Shown: piece by piece, positions 22,086-33,046 of the stretch
Layout of the letters: each line of letters begins with the position of its first letter
Numbering within the stretch: position 1 is the stretch's first letter
From: Octopus sinensis
Taxonomy: Eukaryota
Assembly (NCBI RefSeq): GCF_006345805.1
Contig: NW_021834241.1
Coordinates: 8,628 to 72,627, forward strand
Length of the DNA stretch: 64,000 nucleotides
Direction: 5' to 3'
The notes under the pieces: model-generated
What the model saw: the letters and a program-made list of their open reading frames with translations, nothing else
Told to the model about the DNA's origin: nothing
The model's database searches: none
Program-made: the position numbers and the translations under genes

Positions 22086-22430
22086 GCACAGGAGTGGCTG
22101 TGTGGTAAGAAGCTAGATGGTTCCGGATTCAGTCACACTGAATGGCACCTATGGCAAATGTCTTCTACTATAGCCTTGGGCTGACCAAAGCCTTGTGAGT
22201 GGATTTGGTAGATGGAAACTGAGAGAAGCCTATCGTATATATATATATGTTTGTGTGTGTGTGTCTGTATTTGTCCCCCCACCATCACTTGACAACTGAT
22301 GGTGTGTTTACATCCCCATAACTTAGTGGTTTGGCAAAAGAGACCGATAGAATAAGTACTAGGCTTACAAAGAATAAGGCCTGGGGTTGATTTGTTCCAT
22401 TAAAGGCTGTGCTCCAACAAGTAAAAGAAT
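22086..22430 (+). mobile_element. SINE family A (diverged, small deletions)
   Basis: Head, CORE and tail are recognisable; followed by (CA)n-rich 22431-22750. Confidence 0.8.
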
Positions 22431-22878
22431 ACATACATACACACACACACACATACACACGCACACAGACACACACACACATGCACATACACACGCACAC
22501 ACACATGCACATACACACGCACACACACACATGCACACACACACACACACACACACACAACACACACATGCACATACACACGCACACACACATGCACATA
22601 CACACGCACACACACACATGCACACACAGACACACACACAAACACACACACGCACACACACACACACACACACACATGCACATACACATGCACACAGACA
22701 CACACACAAACACACACACACATGCACACACACACACACACACACACACACGAGATATAGTACTAAGTTAAAAGGTGGCAAGCTAGCAGGAACGTTAGCA
22801 TGACAGGCAAAATGTTTAGTCTTGCAAGTGAATTTGGTAGAAGGAAACTGAAAGAAGCTCATCATAAATATACATATA

Positions 22879-23283
22879 GGCGCAGGAGTGGCTGTGTGGT
22901 AAGTAGCTTGCTAACCAACCACATGGTTCCGGGTTTAGTCCCACTGCGTGGCATCTTGGGCAAGTGTCTTCTGCTATAGCCCCGGGCCGACCAATGCCTT
23001 GTGAGTGGATTTGGTAGACGGAAACTGAAAGAAGCCTGTCATATATATGTATATATATATATATGTGTGTGTTTGTGTGTCTGTGTTTGTCCCCCTAGCA
23101 TCGCTTGACAACCGATGCTGGTGTGTTTACGTCCCCGTCACTTAGCGGTTTGGCAAAAAAGAGACCGATAGAATAAGTACTGGGCTTACAAAGAATAAGT
23201 CCCGGGGTCGAGTTGCTCGACTAAAGGCGGTGCTCCAGCATGGCCACAGTCAAATGACTGAAACAAGTAAAAGAGTAAAAGAG
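22879..23283 (+). mobile_element. SINE family A, full length, near consensus
   Basis: GGCGCAGGAGTGGCTGTGTGG to the AGTAAAAGAG tail. A further 3' half follows at ~23420-23642. Confidence 0.9.
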
Positions 23284-23677
23284 AGAAATATATATATATA
23301 TATATATAAAATACAAAATGGGACAAGCACGCAAAACATCCAAATAGACGATACAAAAAACACGGACGGGTCATTTGAAGCCTCTAGTCTTCAGTCAAGA
23401 ACTGGATCATCCTCGCAATTTTGGCTGGTGTGTATGTTTGTGTGTCTGTTTGTCCCTCCCATCATCACTTAACAACCGATGTCGGTGTGTTTATATCTCC
23501 GTAACTTAGAAGTTCAGCAAGAGAGACTGATACATTAAGTACTAGGCTTACAAAGAATAAGTCCTGGGGTCGATTTGTTTGACTAAAGGTGGTGCTCCAG
23601 AATGGCCTAAGTCAAATGACTGAAATAAATAAAAGAAGAAAAATAGCATATATTTATATATATATATATATATATAT

Positions 23678-23739
<62 letters not shown>

Positions 23740-23742
23740 TAT

Positions 23743-24014
23743 GCCAGTGCCGCTGGACTGGCTCCTGTGCAGGTGGCACATAAAAAGCACCATTTGATCA
23801 TTACCGTTGCCAGTACCATCTAGCTGGCCCTCGTGCTGGTGGCACGTAAAAGCACCCACTACACTTTTGGAGTGGTTGGCGTTGGGAAGGGCATCCAGCT
23901 GTAGAAACTCTGCCAGATCAGATTGGAGTCTGGTTCGCCAGACCTCAGTCAAATCGTCCAACCCATGCTAGCATGGAAAGCGGACGTTAAACGATGATGA
24001 TGATGATGATGAGG
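23743..24014 (+). mobile_element. Family B retroelement 3' end
   Basis: GGCGTTGGGAAGGGCATCCAGCTGTAGAAAC...CATGGAAAGCGGACGTTAAACGATGATGATG. Confidence 0.85.
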
Positions 24015-24054
24015 ATATATATATATATATATATATGTAGATATATATATATCT

Positions 24055-24216
24055 AGGAGTGGCTGTGTGGTAAGTAGCTTGCTAACCAACCACATTGTTC
24101 CGGGTTCAGTCCCACTGCGTGGCATCTTGGGCAAGTGTCTTCTGCTATAGCCCCGAGCTGACCAATGCCTTGTGAGTTGATTTGGTAGACGGAAACTGAA
24201 AGAAGCCTGTCATATG

Positions 24217-24247
<31 letters not shown>

Positions 24248-24470
24248 ATGTGTGTGTGTTTGTGTGTCTGTGTTTGTCCCCCTAGCATTGCTTGACAACT
24301 GATACTGGTGTGTTTACGTCCCCGTCACTTAGCGGTTCGGCAAAAGGAACCGATAGAATAAGTACTGGGCTTACAAAAAGAATAAGTCCCGGGGTCGATT
24401 TGCTCGACTAAAGGCGGTGCTCCAGCATGGCCACAGTCAAATGACTGAAACAAGTAAAAGGGTAAAAGAG
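24055..24470 (+). mobile_element. SINE family A, full length
   Basis: Consensus match. Confidence 0.9.
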
Positions 24471-24950
24471 TATATACATATATGTTTAGGCAGGCATAGC
24501 TGTTTGGCTAAAAAGCTCACTTTCCAACTCTATGGTCTCAGGTTCGGTCTTATTGTGTGACACCTTGGGCAAGGGACTCTTACAAAAGACCCATGTAGAT
24601 GTAGACCAATGCCTTGTGAGTGAATTTGGTAGATGGAAACTGTGTGGAGTCCTTTGTATACATACACACAAACACACACACGCACACACTTATAAAGCTC
24701 AACGCTCTAACCACTGACCCATTCTACGACAAATTTAGTGATTGCGTTACAGAAAATATTTTGCAAGAAAATGTTGTGTGACAATGAAATAAAATACACC
24801 GAAGAGGCCTAATAACACAGAAACATGCTCAGAGATGTTATCATAAAATATGAAAGATCAGTCACATTCACTGTCTCATTGCAAATGTTTGCTACTATAG
24901 CCTTGGGATGACAAAACATTTGTGAGTACATTATGTAGGCAGAAACTGAA

Positions 24951-25187
24951 AGGGGGCAAGCTAGCAGAAATGTTATCACACCAGGCGAAATGATTTGTGG
25001 TATTTTGTCTGTCATTACGTTCTGAGTTCAAATTCCACCAAGGTCGACTTTGCCTTTCATTCTTTCAGGGGTCGATAAATTAAGTACCAGTTATGCACTA
25101 GGGTCAATGTAATCGACTTAATCCCTTTGTCTGTCCTTGTTTGTCCCCTCTTTGTTTAGCCCCTTGTGGGCAATAAAGAAATAAGAA
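24951..25187 (+). mobile_element. Meta-like SINE (family M)
   Basis: Same sequence as the reverse complement of 2191-2423. Confidence 0.75.
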
Positions 25188-25205
25188 ACTGAAAGGAAGC
25201 TTCTC

Positions 25206-25252
<47 letters not shown>

Positions 25253-25288
25253 TGTGTCTTTTCGTCTCTGTTTATCCCCCATAACTTA

Positions 25289-25600
25289 GTGGTTCGGCAA
25301 AAGAGATCAAGAGAACAAGTACCTGGCTAAAAAAAAAAACATAAAAGAAGTACTAAGGTTGATTTATTTGACTGGAAATTCTTCAAGGTAGTGCCCCAGC
25401 CTGGCCACAGTCTTAGGACTAAAACAAGTGAAAGGTAGAAGAAAGGTAGTGGCTCGGCAAAAGAGATCAAGAGAACAAGTACCTGGTTAAAAAAAAAATA
25501 AAAGAAGTACTAAGGTTGATTTATTTTATTGGAAATTCTTCAAGGCAGTGCCCCAGCATGGCCACGGTCTTAGGACTAAAACAACATGAAAGGTAGAAGA
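25289..25600 (+). repeat. Tandem duplication (~155-160 bp x2) of a diverged SINE tail
   Basis: GTGG.TCGGCAAAAGAGATCAAGAGAACAAGTACCTGG...GGTAGAAGA occurs twice in succession. Confidence 0.85.
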
Positions 25601-26186
25601 TATAAGAAAACATGATAAGGAAACATGACATCAAGTCACTGTTACAAGAAAGATGCCATGGAAAAAGAAGAAACTGTCCGTTAAACAATTTTGCATTGAT
25701 AAGATATTCACAATTCTTTGTTAAACTCAGCTGATTCTTGCTAATAAGAAAGTTTTCTTATACAGGCAGACGTCTCATTATTTACAAAGCTCGATTCTAT
25801 TTAAGTATATTAACTTGATGGAAATTCATGTGCTTAGATCCAATTTGATCTACATATACAACGTTCTATTGTATATTGAAATATCTATAATATGTATCAA
25901 GAACTGAGACAAGTTCTGAGAACTGTTTTTCAAATATATCCATTGATTAACTGTCTGAAAGAAGATTTAGCCTGGCAGCAGATTAAATATTCTTCTTTTG
26001 GACAGTTTAAACTGTTCGCTAATATATACCAAAAGCAGAAGTTATGTCCCTAATAAGAGATGTTTGCTTCAGAAATTGATATTGATTTCATAACAGATTT
26101 ATCTTCATAAAGATACAATTGTCCTCTCTGTGACTAGAGAAAGAGAGGAGAAGTGGGTGAGAGAGGGAGAGACAGAAAGAGGAAGA

Positions 26187-26217
<31 letters not shown>

Positions 26218-26569
26218 TGCAAGAGAGCTGTTGTCTGTTATATACATAAGATGTGTATGAAAGTATTTATTTATATACATGCATATATATATATATATTT
26301 ATATGTGTATGTGTGTATGCGTGTGCATGTGTGTGTGTGTATGTGTTGGTATGCATATATGAGCATGCATGAATATTTGTGTATTTGTGTGTGTGCATGT
26401 ATGTGTGTGTCTGTGTGTGTATGTATGAGTATATACGTATATATGTATGTGTTAGTATGCGGATGTATACTGTTTTATTTAGTGTGTGTTTATTTTCTGT
26501 CATCTATAATTGTTGTGAATCAAGCATATGCTTTAATACCCAAGTCTTAACATACATACATACATACAT

Positions 26570-26624
26570 ATATATATATATGTGTGTGTGTGTATGTGTA
26601 TACATATATATATATGTGTATATA

Positions 26625-26721
<97 letters not shown>

Positions 26722-26759
26722 GTATATATATATATATTATATATATGCATATGTATATG

Positions 26760-26830
<71 letters not shown>
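26570..26830. repeat. (TA)n microsatellite
   Basis: Seen directly. Confidence 0.95.
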
Positions 26831-26832
<2 letters not shown>

Positions 26833-27114
26833 CACATATCATATAGACACGTATATACACACACTTGTATGTTATAGTAGTCAAATACATATGAATCTCA
26901 CTTATGAATCTTTTGTTCAGCTGAACAAGATATTTGATCATTGAGAGTGTACAATGACTTTACAGGGAGATGGTGCTATGATTTTATATCTATGTTAATT
27001 TAACAAACGCTATTAATCAACCTCATATATACTACATAATGAAAATATGAAAATCTGGAATACGCAGTACATTACACACATGTATGCGTGTGTATTAATA
27101 TATATATATATTAT

Positions 27115-27149
<35 letters not shown>

Positions 27150-27180
27150 GCATATATATATATATATATATATATATTTA

Positions 27181-27216
<36 letters not shown>

Positions 27217-27358
27217 GAGCATAAAGATTCAAGTTAATTTAAAAAATTTACTGAATATGGTACCTAACTTAGATGCCACCAAAAAAAACTATACTGATTT
27301 AACAATACAGTAATGTGGGGTGATTATAAGCGAGAAAGAAGCAACAAGAATGGATAGG

Positions 27359-27451
27359 TTTTTAGTACGATCGTTTCATACAAGGACAGGTTTTATTAAA
27401 AGTTGCAAAGATTACAGCATATAAACGAGTCCCGTACTCATCAGCTAAAAA
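27359..27451 (-). ncRNA. Type I hammerhead ribozyme (left arm of foldback)
   Basis: Mirror of 28029-28119, with a 7-bp stem I TTTTTAG/CTAAAAA. Confidence 0.75.
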
Positions 27452-28028
27452 TAATGTAAGTTCTCTAGACATCCTAGTGTTTGAGGCTATACTCATGAAG
27501 TAATGTAGATAATTAAACAGATTTCTAAAGTTCATTAAAGCTCTTTAAATATGATGTATAGTCTTATCACAGAATTTTAAAAAAGTTTTGATAGCATCAC
27601 AGAGAAGGTGACCTAATCCATATGAATTTCCATAGATATGATGAGGGATTATATACTCACAGAAGACAAATTTATCCATTGTTATTAGCATTACAGAGAG
27701 GGTGAATTAATCCTTTGTATATATGCACAGATTCCAATGGTGTAGATGTAAATTTCCAGAGAAAAGGATTAATTCACCCTCTCTGTAATGCTAATAACAA
27801 TGGATAAATTTGTCTTCTGTGAGTATATAATCCCTCATCATATCTATGGAAATTCATATGGATTAGGTCACCTTCTCTGTGATGCTATCAAAACTTTTTT
27901 AAAATTCTGTGATAAGACTATACATCATATTTAAAGAGCTTTAATGAACTTTAGAAATCTGTTTAATTATCTACATTACTTCATGAGTATAGCCTCAAAC
28001 ACTAGGATGTCTAGAGAACTTACATGTA

Positions 28029-28119
28029 TTTTAGCTGATGAGTACGGGACTCGTTTATATGCTGTAATCTTTGCAACTTTTAATAAAACCTGTCCTTGTA
28101 TGAAACGATCGTACTAAAA
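28029..28119 (+). ncRNA. Type I hammerhead ribozyme (right arm of foldback)
   Basis: TTTTAG (stem I), CTGATGA (28035-41), GTACGGGAC...GTCCT-T-GTAT (stem II, 41-nt loop), GAAA, palindromic ACGATCGT stem III, GTA cleavage triplet (28111-13), CTAAAA (stem I). Confidence 0.75.
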
Positions 28120-28149
28120 ACCTATCCATTCTTGTTGCTTCTTTCTCGC

Positions 28150-28186
<37 letters not shown>

Positions 28187-28271
28187 TATATATATATGTA
28201 TATATATATATATGTATATATATATGTATATATATATATGTGTGTGTGTGGTGTATGTATGTATATGTACA

Positions 28272-28999
28272 TATTGGGTCATTCCATAAATAATGCAGTG
28301 TTTTTATACTTCTTTTTTTTAAAATTAAGATAAACAATGTTCTTTTTTAATCTAAAATATACTGTCCTTCATTTTCTACAATTCTTTTCTATCTATCTGG
28401 TAGACTTGCAAGGCCCCTTTCCCATAATTCACTTGTCCATGACGGAAAATACTCCTCCAGTACTATTTGTTTCTATCCAAATGATTTTGAAGACTGCAGT
28501 ATAAATGATAATTGGATGGGGTAATGTCCAGCAAATATGGTGGATGGGGAATCATTCCTATTCAAACCGCTCCAGCCTTTGGAATGTCATCTTCACTCTA
28601 TGTGGCTGAGCATTCTCCTGATGGAAGAACACCTTTTGTTTTGAGACCAAAGATGGTCGTTTTCCTTCTAGCTCGTCTTCTAGGCTGTAGTTTCCAGCTC
28701 AGAATTTCTGGAAGCACCATTGACACTGGCTTAGGCTTATTGTCCGATCCCCATATACTGCATTAATATTCCTCACCATTTCTGTTACATTATTGTCTTT
28801 TTGAACTCATAAAGCAAAACATGCCAAATATGCTCCTTTGTCACTTCCATTATAGCTTTGAAAAAAAGAACAGTTAAAATTGAACTGCACTCTTCAAAAC
28901 TTGCACTAAGAATAAGCACAATTACTATCAGTAATTTGATGCAGGTAGTTTATCCTGTCCTCCTCCAACTTTTAGTTTATGCAATTGAAAAAAGCGTTA
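28272..28999 (-). mobile_element. Mariner transposon, internally deleted
   Basis: MEVTKEHIWHVLLYEFKK...FQKF*AGNYSLEDE is joined directly to LEGKRPSLVSKQKVFFHQENAQPH...PHPPY. TIR TATTGGGTCATTCCATAAATAATG at 28272. Confidence 0.85.
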
Positions 29000-29090
29000 T
29001 ATATATACGTATATATGTATGTATACATGTTTAAGCATATGCACACATACATACACTCATATATATATATATATACACAAATATATACAT

Positions 29091-29359
29091 ATCATCATCA
29101 TCATCATCATCGTTTAACGTCCGTTTTCCATGCTAGCATGGCTTGGACGGTTTGACAGGGGTCTGAGAAGCCAGGAGGCTGCACCAGGCCCCAGTCTGAT
29201 CTGGCAGTGTTTCTACAGCTGGTTGCCCTTCCTAACGCCAAGCACTTTGTGAGTGTAGTGAGTATTTTTTGTGTGCCACCAGCACAGGGGCCAGAGGAGG
29301 CTGCCAAACAGCGATGATTGGTTGGTGCTTTTATGTGTCACTGACACAGACGCCAGTCA
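29091..29359 (-). mobile_element. Family B retroelement 3' end
   Basis: (CAT)n CGTTTAACGTCCG...CCCTTCCTAACGCC. Confidence 0.85.
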
Positions 29360-29523
29360 GATGATATATATATATGTATTTCTTTTTCGCATTTAGTTTG
29401 CAAGATTCTTGATGTAAAATTGTGTTGAAACAGATTTCATTGCATCTTGTTTCTATTTCACTTCTTTCATTATACACACTTTACACATATGTGTGTGTGT
29501 GTATGTGTGTGAGTGTGGGTGTG

Positions 29524-30440
29524 CCAGAAACTACAGCCTAGAAGATGAGCCTCATCCTGGAAGATCCGTAGAGCTCAACAAGGACAGTTGAGGAACTAGC
29601 AGAGAAACGTGGATTTGGTCTTTAAGCCATTCAGTGACACCTGCGTGCCATCAGAAGAGTCAGCAAATTGGATCAATGGGATTCTCACTAATTTTCTGAG
29701 TCTAATTGCATGCAGAAAGTGAATGTGTGCTCTTCTTTACAGTCACGTCATGAGAATGAGTCTTTTTTGGATCGAATAGTGACTGGAGATGAGAAATGGG
29801 TTCTCTATAAAAATGCCAAGCACCGAATACAGTGGATAGGTAAAGCACAAACACCAGAAACCCCAGGCTAAAGAAGGTCTTCACTCATGTAAGGTGTTAT
29901 CTGTTTGGTGGGATATGAAAAGTTTAGTCCACTTTGAACTTTTAAATCTGAACCAAATGATAAAAAATGAGATCAATTGTGAGCAGCTTGAGTGGCTTAA
30001 GTCAACACCAGAAGAAAAATGACCATCTTTGGTTTCAAGACGAAAGGTGTTCCTCCATCAGGATAATTCTCGGCCACATACAGTGAGGATGACATTCGAA
30101 AGGCTGGGGCAGTTTGAAAGGGAAATGATGCCCCACCCACCATATTCACCGGACAGTACCCCATCTGATTATCATTTTATTCCGCAATCTTCAAAATCAT
30201 TTGGATGGAAAAAATATGAATTTTGTAGGCGAGACCAGAACAGTACTAGAGGAGTATTTTTTGGTCATGGACAAGTGAATTTTGGAAGAGGGGCCTTGCA
30301 AGTCTACCAAATAAATGGAAAAGCTTTGCAAAAAGTGAAGAAGAGTATATTTTAGATAAAAAAAAAGACCTTTGTTTATCTTAAATTTGAAAAATAAAAG
30401 AAATATAAAAAAATCCCATTATTTATGGGAAGACTCAATA
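29524..30440 (+). mobile_element. Mariner transposon, 5'-truncated, degenerate D,D34D-type transposase
   Basis: SLEDEPHPGRSVEL, FLDRIVTGDEKWVLY, KVFLHQDNSRPH, PHPPYSPDSTPSDYHF. The right TIR CCCATTATTTATGGGAAGACTCAATA is similar to the 28272 TIR. Confidence 0.9.
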
Positions 30441-30442
30441 TA

Positions 30443-30660
30443 TCTCTCTTTTCTTTTTCTCTTTTACTTGTTTCAGTCATTTGACTGTGGCCATGCTGGA
30501 GCACCGCCTTTAGTCGAGCAAATCGACCCCGGGACTTACTCTTTGTAAGCCCAGTACTTATTCTATCGGTCTCTTTTTGCCCAACCGCTAAGTGACGGGG
30601 ACATAAACACACCAGCATCGGTTGTCAAGCAATGCTAGGGGGACAAACACAGACACACAC
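30443..30660 (-). mobile_element. SINE family A, 3' half
   Basis: Tail through to the internal microsatellite. Confidence 0.85.
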
Positions 30661-31153
30661 ACACATATATATATATATGTATATATTATCATGAAGGTCA
30701 CGGTCATTTTTCAAGAAACTGACAATTCCAAGAGTTGCTGTTGCCGGTGACTCAAGCCATGAGCATTGCATATCTTTTCATTTCCTTTGTGAGATTGGAT
30801 TCTGCTGTGTTCCTGTTATTGGTATGTCTAAAACAGAATGGAAAAAGTTAAAACTTGGCACAATATATCAGGTTGTCTTTTGTTCATGCCCAGCTAAACA
30901 TCAACAAATACAAATATCAAAAACAGGCACATACTCAAACACACACACGGACACACATAAACACACATCCATGCACACATAAAGTCAGAAACCATTTGAA
31001 CACAAGAGGAGCAAGTATGATGTAAAATGGTTAGTTTAACACTATACATACATGTGTGTATATATATACACATGTATGTATGTATGTATGTATGTATGTA
31101 TGTATGTATTTTATGTGTGTGAATGTATGAGTGTGTACATTTATATATGTATG

Positions 31154-31186
<33 letters not shown>

Positions 31187-31543
31187 AAAATCTGAATGAT
31201 GTATGTGTTGTTAGTTCATGTGTCGGCTACATTTTAAGCATAAGAGAATATATTCTCAATGTGCCGGGTGTTAAAGACACCTGAAATTAAGTCATAGGCA
31301 AGTGAGACAACTCACATCAGAGACATGTATGTATATATATATACAACTATGTATGCATAGTTAGATTATATACAGGTAAAATCCTTGTACGATTCTGTGT
31401 GAAGCTTGTGCACAGTTTTGGTCACCCGATGCCATCAGCAATAGAGATGCATATCCTACTGGATTTACTTCTAGAATTCCCTGGTGTCCATAGAATTTAT
31501 ATAAATAGATCAATGACTGAAAATGGAATTTGTGAGATTCATC

Positions 31544-31652
31544 ATTTAAATCCACTACAATTGTTTCAACTCATTCTGCACTTGACTACACAGCATCTCA
31601 CCTATGAGCTACAGGTGCAGAGTGAGTTGAAACAATTGCAGTGGGTTTGAAT
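31544..31652 (+). other. 41-bp stem / 27-nt loop hairpin (candidate structured RNA)
   Basis: 31544-31584 pairs with 31612-31652: 36 Watson-Crick, 4 G-U and 1 A-C on the + strand. Confidence 0.6.
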
Positions 31653-31789
31653 TAAAAACATTTCATGAATTACATGTTCTGCCTTTGATGTATGAATGTA
31701 ATAATATAAATAATATATATGTATGTGTATATATATATATATATATACACACACATACAAAACTAATTTTGATATATATATATATTATA

Positions 31790-32186
31790 TCTTTATATAT
31801 AAAAGAGAAGTTGTGTGTCTGTCTCCTACGATTTAGATTCCTAACTACTCCCACATTTTGTGGTGCAGTTTAACCAAAACCGGGTACCTTATAGTCGTGA
31901 TTCATATCGAGCCCTTATGGGTATTAGTGCATGTCTACGATGTTTTACGATTTAAAAAAAAATTTACCATCATTTTTTTCCATTTTAATGCATTTTTTTC
32001 GCTATTATATAAGGGAAGTAACTCTCTAAAAATGTCTACGATGAGTCAACGATTTAAAAAAAAATTACCATAATTTTTTTTCCATTTTTAATGCATTTTT
32101 TTGCTATTTTTTGGCTATAACTCTCTAAAAATGCTTATATAGTTATTTCTCTTACAAACCCGAGCAACGCCAGGCGATACTGCTAG
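31790..32186 (+). mobile_element. Non-autonomous Helitron
   Basis: Inserted between A and T; begins TCTTTATATATAAAAG and ends with the hairpin CCCGAGCAACGCCAGG then CTAG. Contains an internal ~100-bp duplication. Confidence 0.8.
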
Positions 32187-32306
32187 TATATTATATTTAT
32201 ATTTGTATATATATATATTATATTATATATATTACATTTTGTGAAATTTGATTTAGTATTTTTAAATTGAATTTTTCCCTGTAAGTTTGGAATAATATTC
32301 CCTCAT

Positions 32307-32403
32307 ATTATTATTATTATTATTATTATAATTATAATTATAATTATTATTATTATTATTACTATTACTATTATTACTATTATTACTATTATTATTATTA
32401 TTA

Positions 32404-32450
<47 letters not shown>
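32307..32450. repeat. (ATT)n microsatellite
   Basis: Seen directly. Confidence 0.95.
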
Positions 32451-32456
<6 letters not shown>

Positions 32457-32477
32457 CATATATATATATGCATATAT

Positions 32478-33043
32478 TGGTACAGGATGTCACCAACTGT
32501 AACAACATGAAGTATGAAAGCAAACGAATTAAATACACACACAAGAGAGAAGATGGAAAACAGGAGAAGTAACACAAAGAACGACCCTTCATCAGTTGTC
32601 GGCTGTTTATCTACTCCTCATTTTGAGCATTCAATATGAGTCTTTGAAGACAGTTGCTCCCATAACTTCCAAAATACAATTTTGGATTTATGAAGGGTCA
32701 AAGTTTGGAACAAAAACAGGACATTGGAGACTTACAAGGAAACCGAAAGCAAACAAACATGGAGGGTTTTCCTTGTATGTCTCCACTGTCCCATTTTTGT
32801 TCCCAACTTTGACCCTGCATAAATCCAAAATTTTATTTTGGAAGTTATGGGAGCAACTGTCTTCGAAGACTCATATTGTTGTTGAAGGCTCGAAATGAGG
32901 AGTAGATAGACAGCTGACAACTGATGAAGGGTCTTTCTTTGTGTTACTTGTCCCGTTTTCCATTTTTTTCTCTTGTTCAATGCATATTGAACTCATTTAT
33001 TTTTGTACTTCATGTTGTTTACATTTGGTGACGTCCTGTACCC
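32478..33043. mobile_element. Older foldback element (arms ~265-280 bp, ~20-bp spacer)
   Basis: TGGTACAGGATGTCACC...GAAACC / GGTTTTCC...GGTGACGTCCTGTACCC; roughly 80-85% arm identity by eye. Each arm carries CTGATGAAGG. Confidence 0.85.
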
Positions 33044-33046
33044 ATT

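Larger units (their letters stand above)
27330..28149. mobile_element. 820-bp foldback element: 387-bp inverted arms and 46-bp spacer
   Basis: Arms 27330-27716 and 27763-28149 are reverse complements; the only difference seen by eye is AAAAATAATG vs AAAATACATG. Confidence 0.95.

Noticed and set aside
31361-31650. Protein-looking ORFs on both strands (64 and 83 aa)
   Set aside because: No recognisable domain or convincing splice sites; part of the openness overlaps the hairpin at 31544-31652.
32589-32930. CTGATGA motifs called as complete hammerheads
   Set aside because: No GAAA with pairing stems II and III was found downstream, so they are not annotated as ribozymes.
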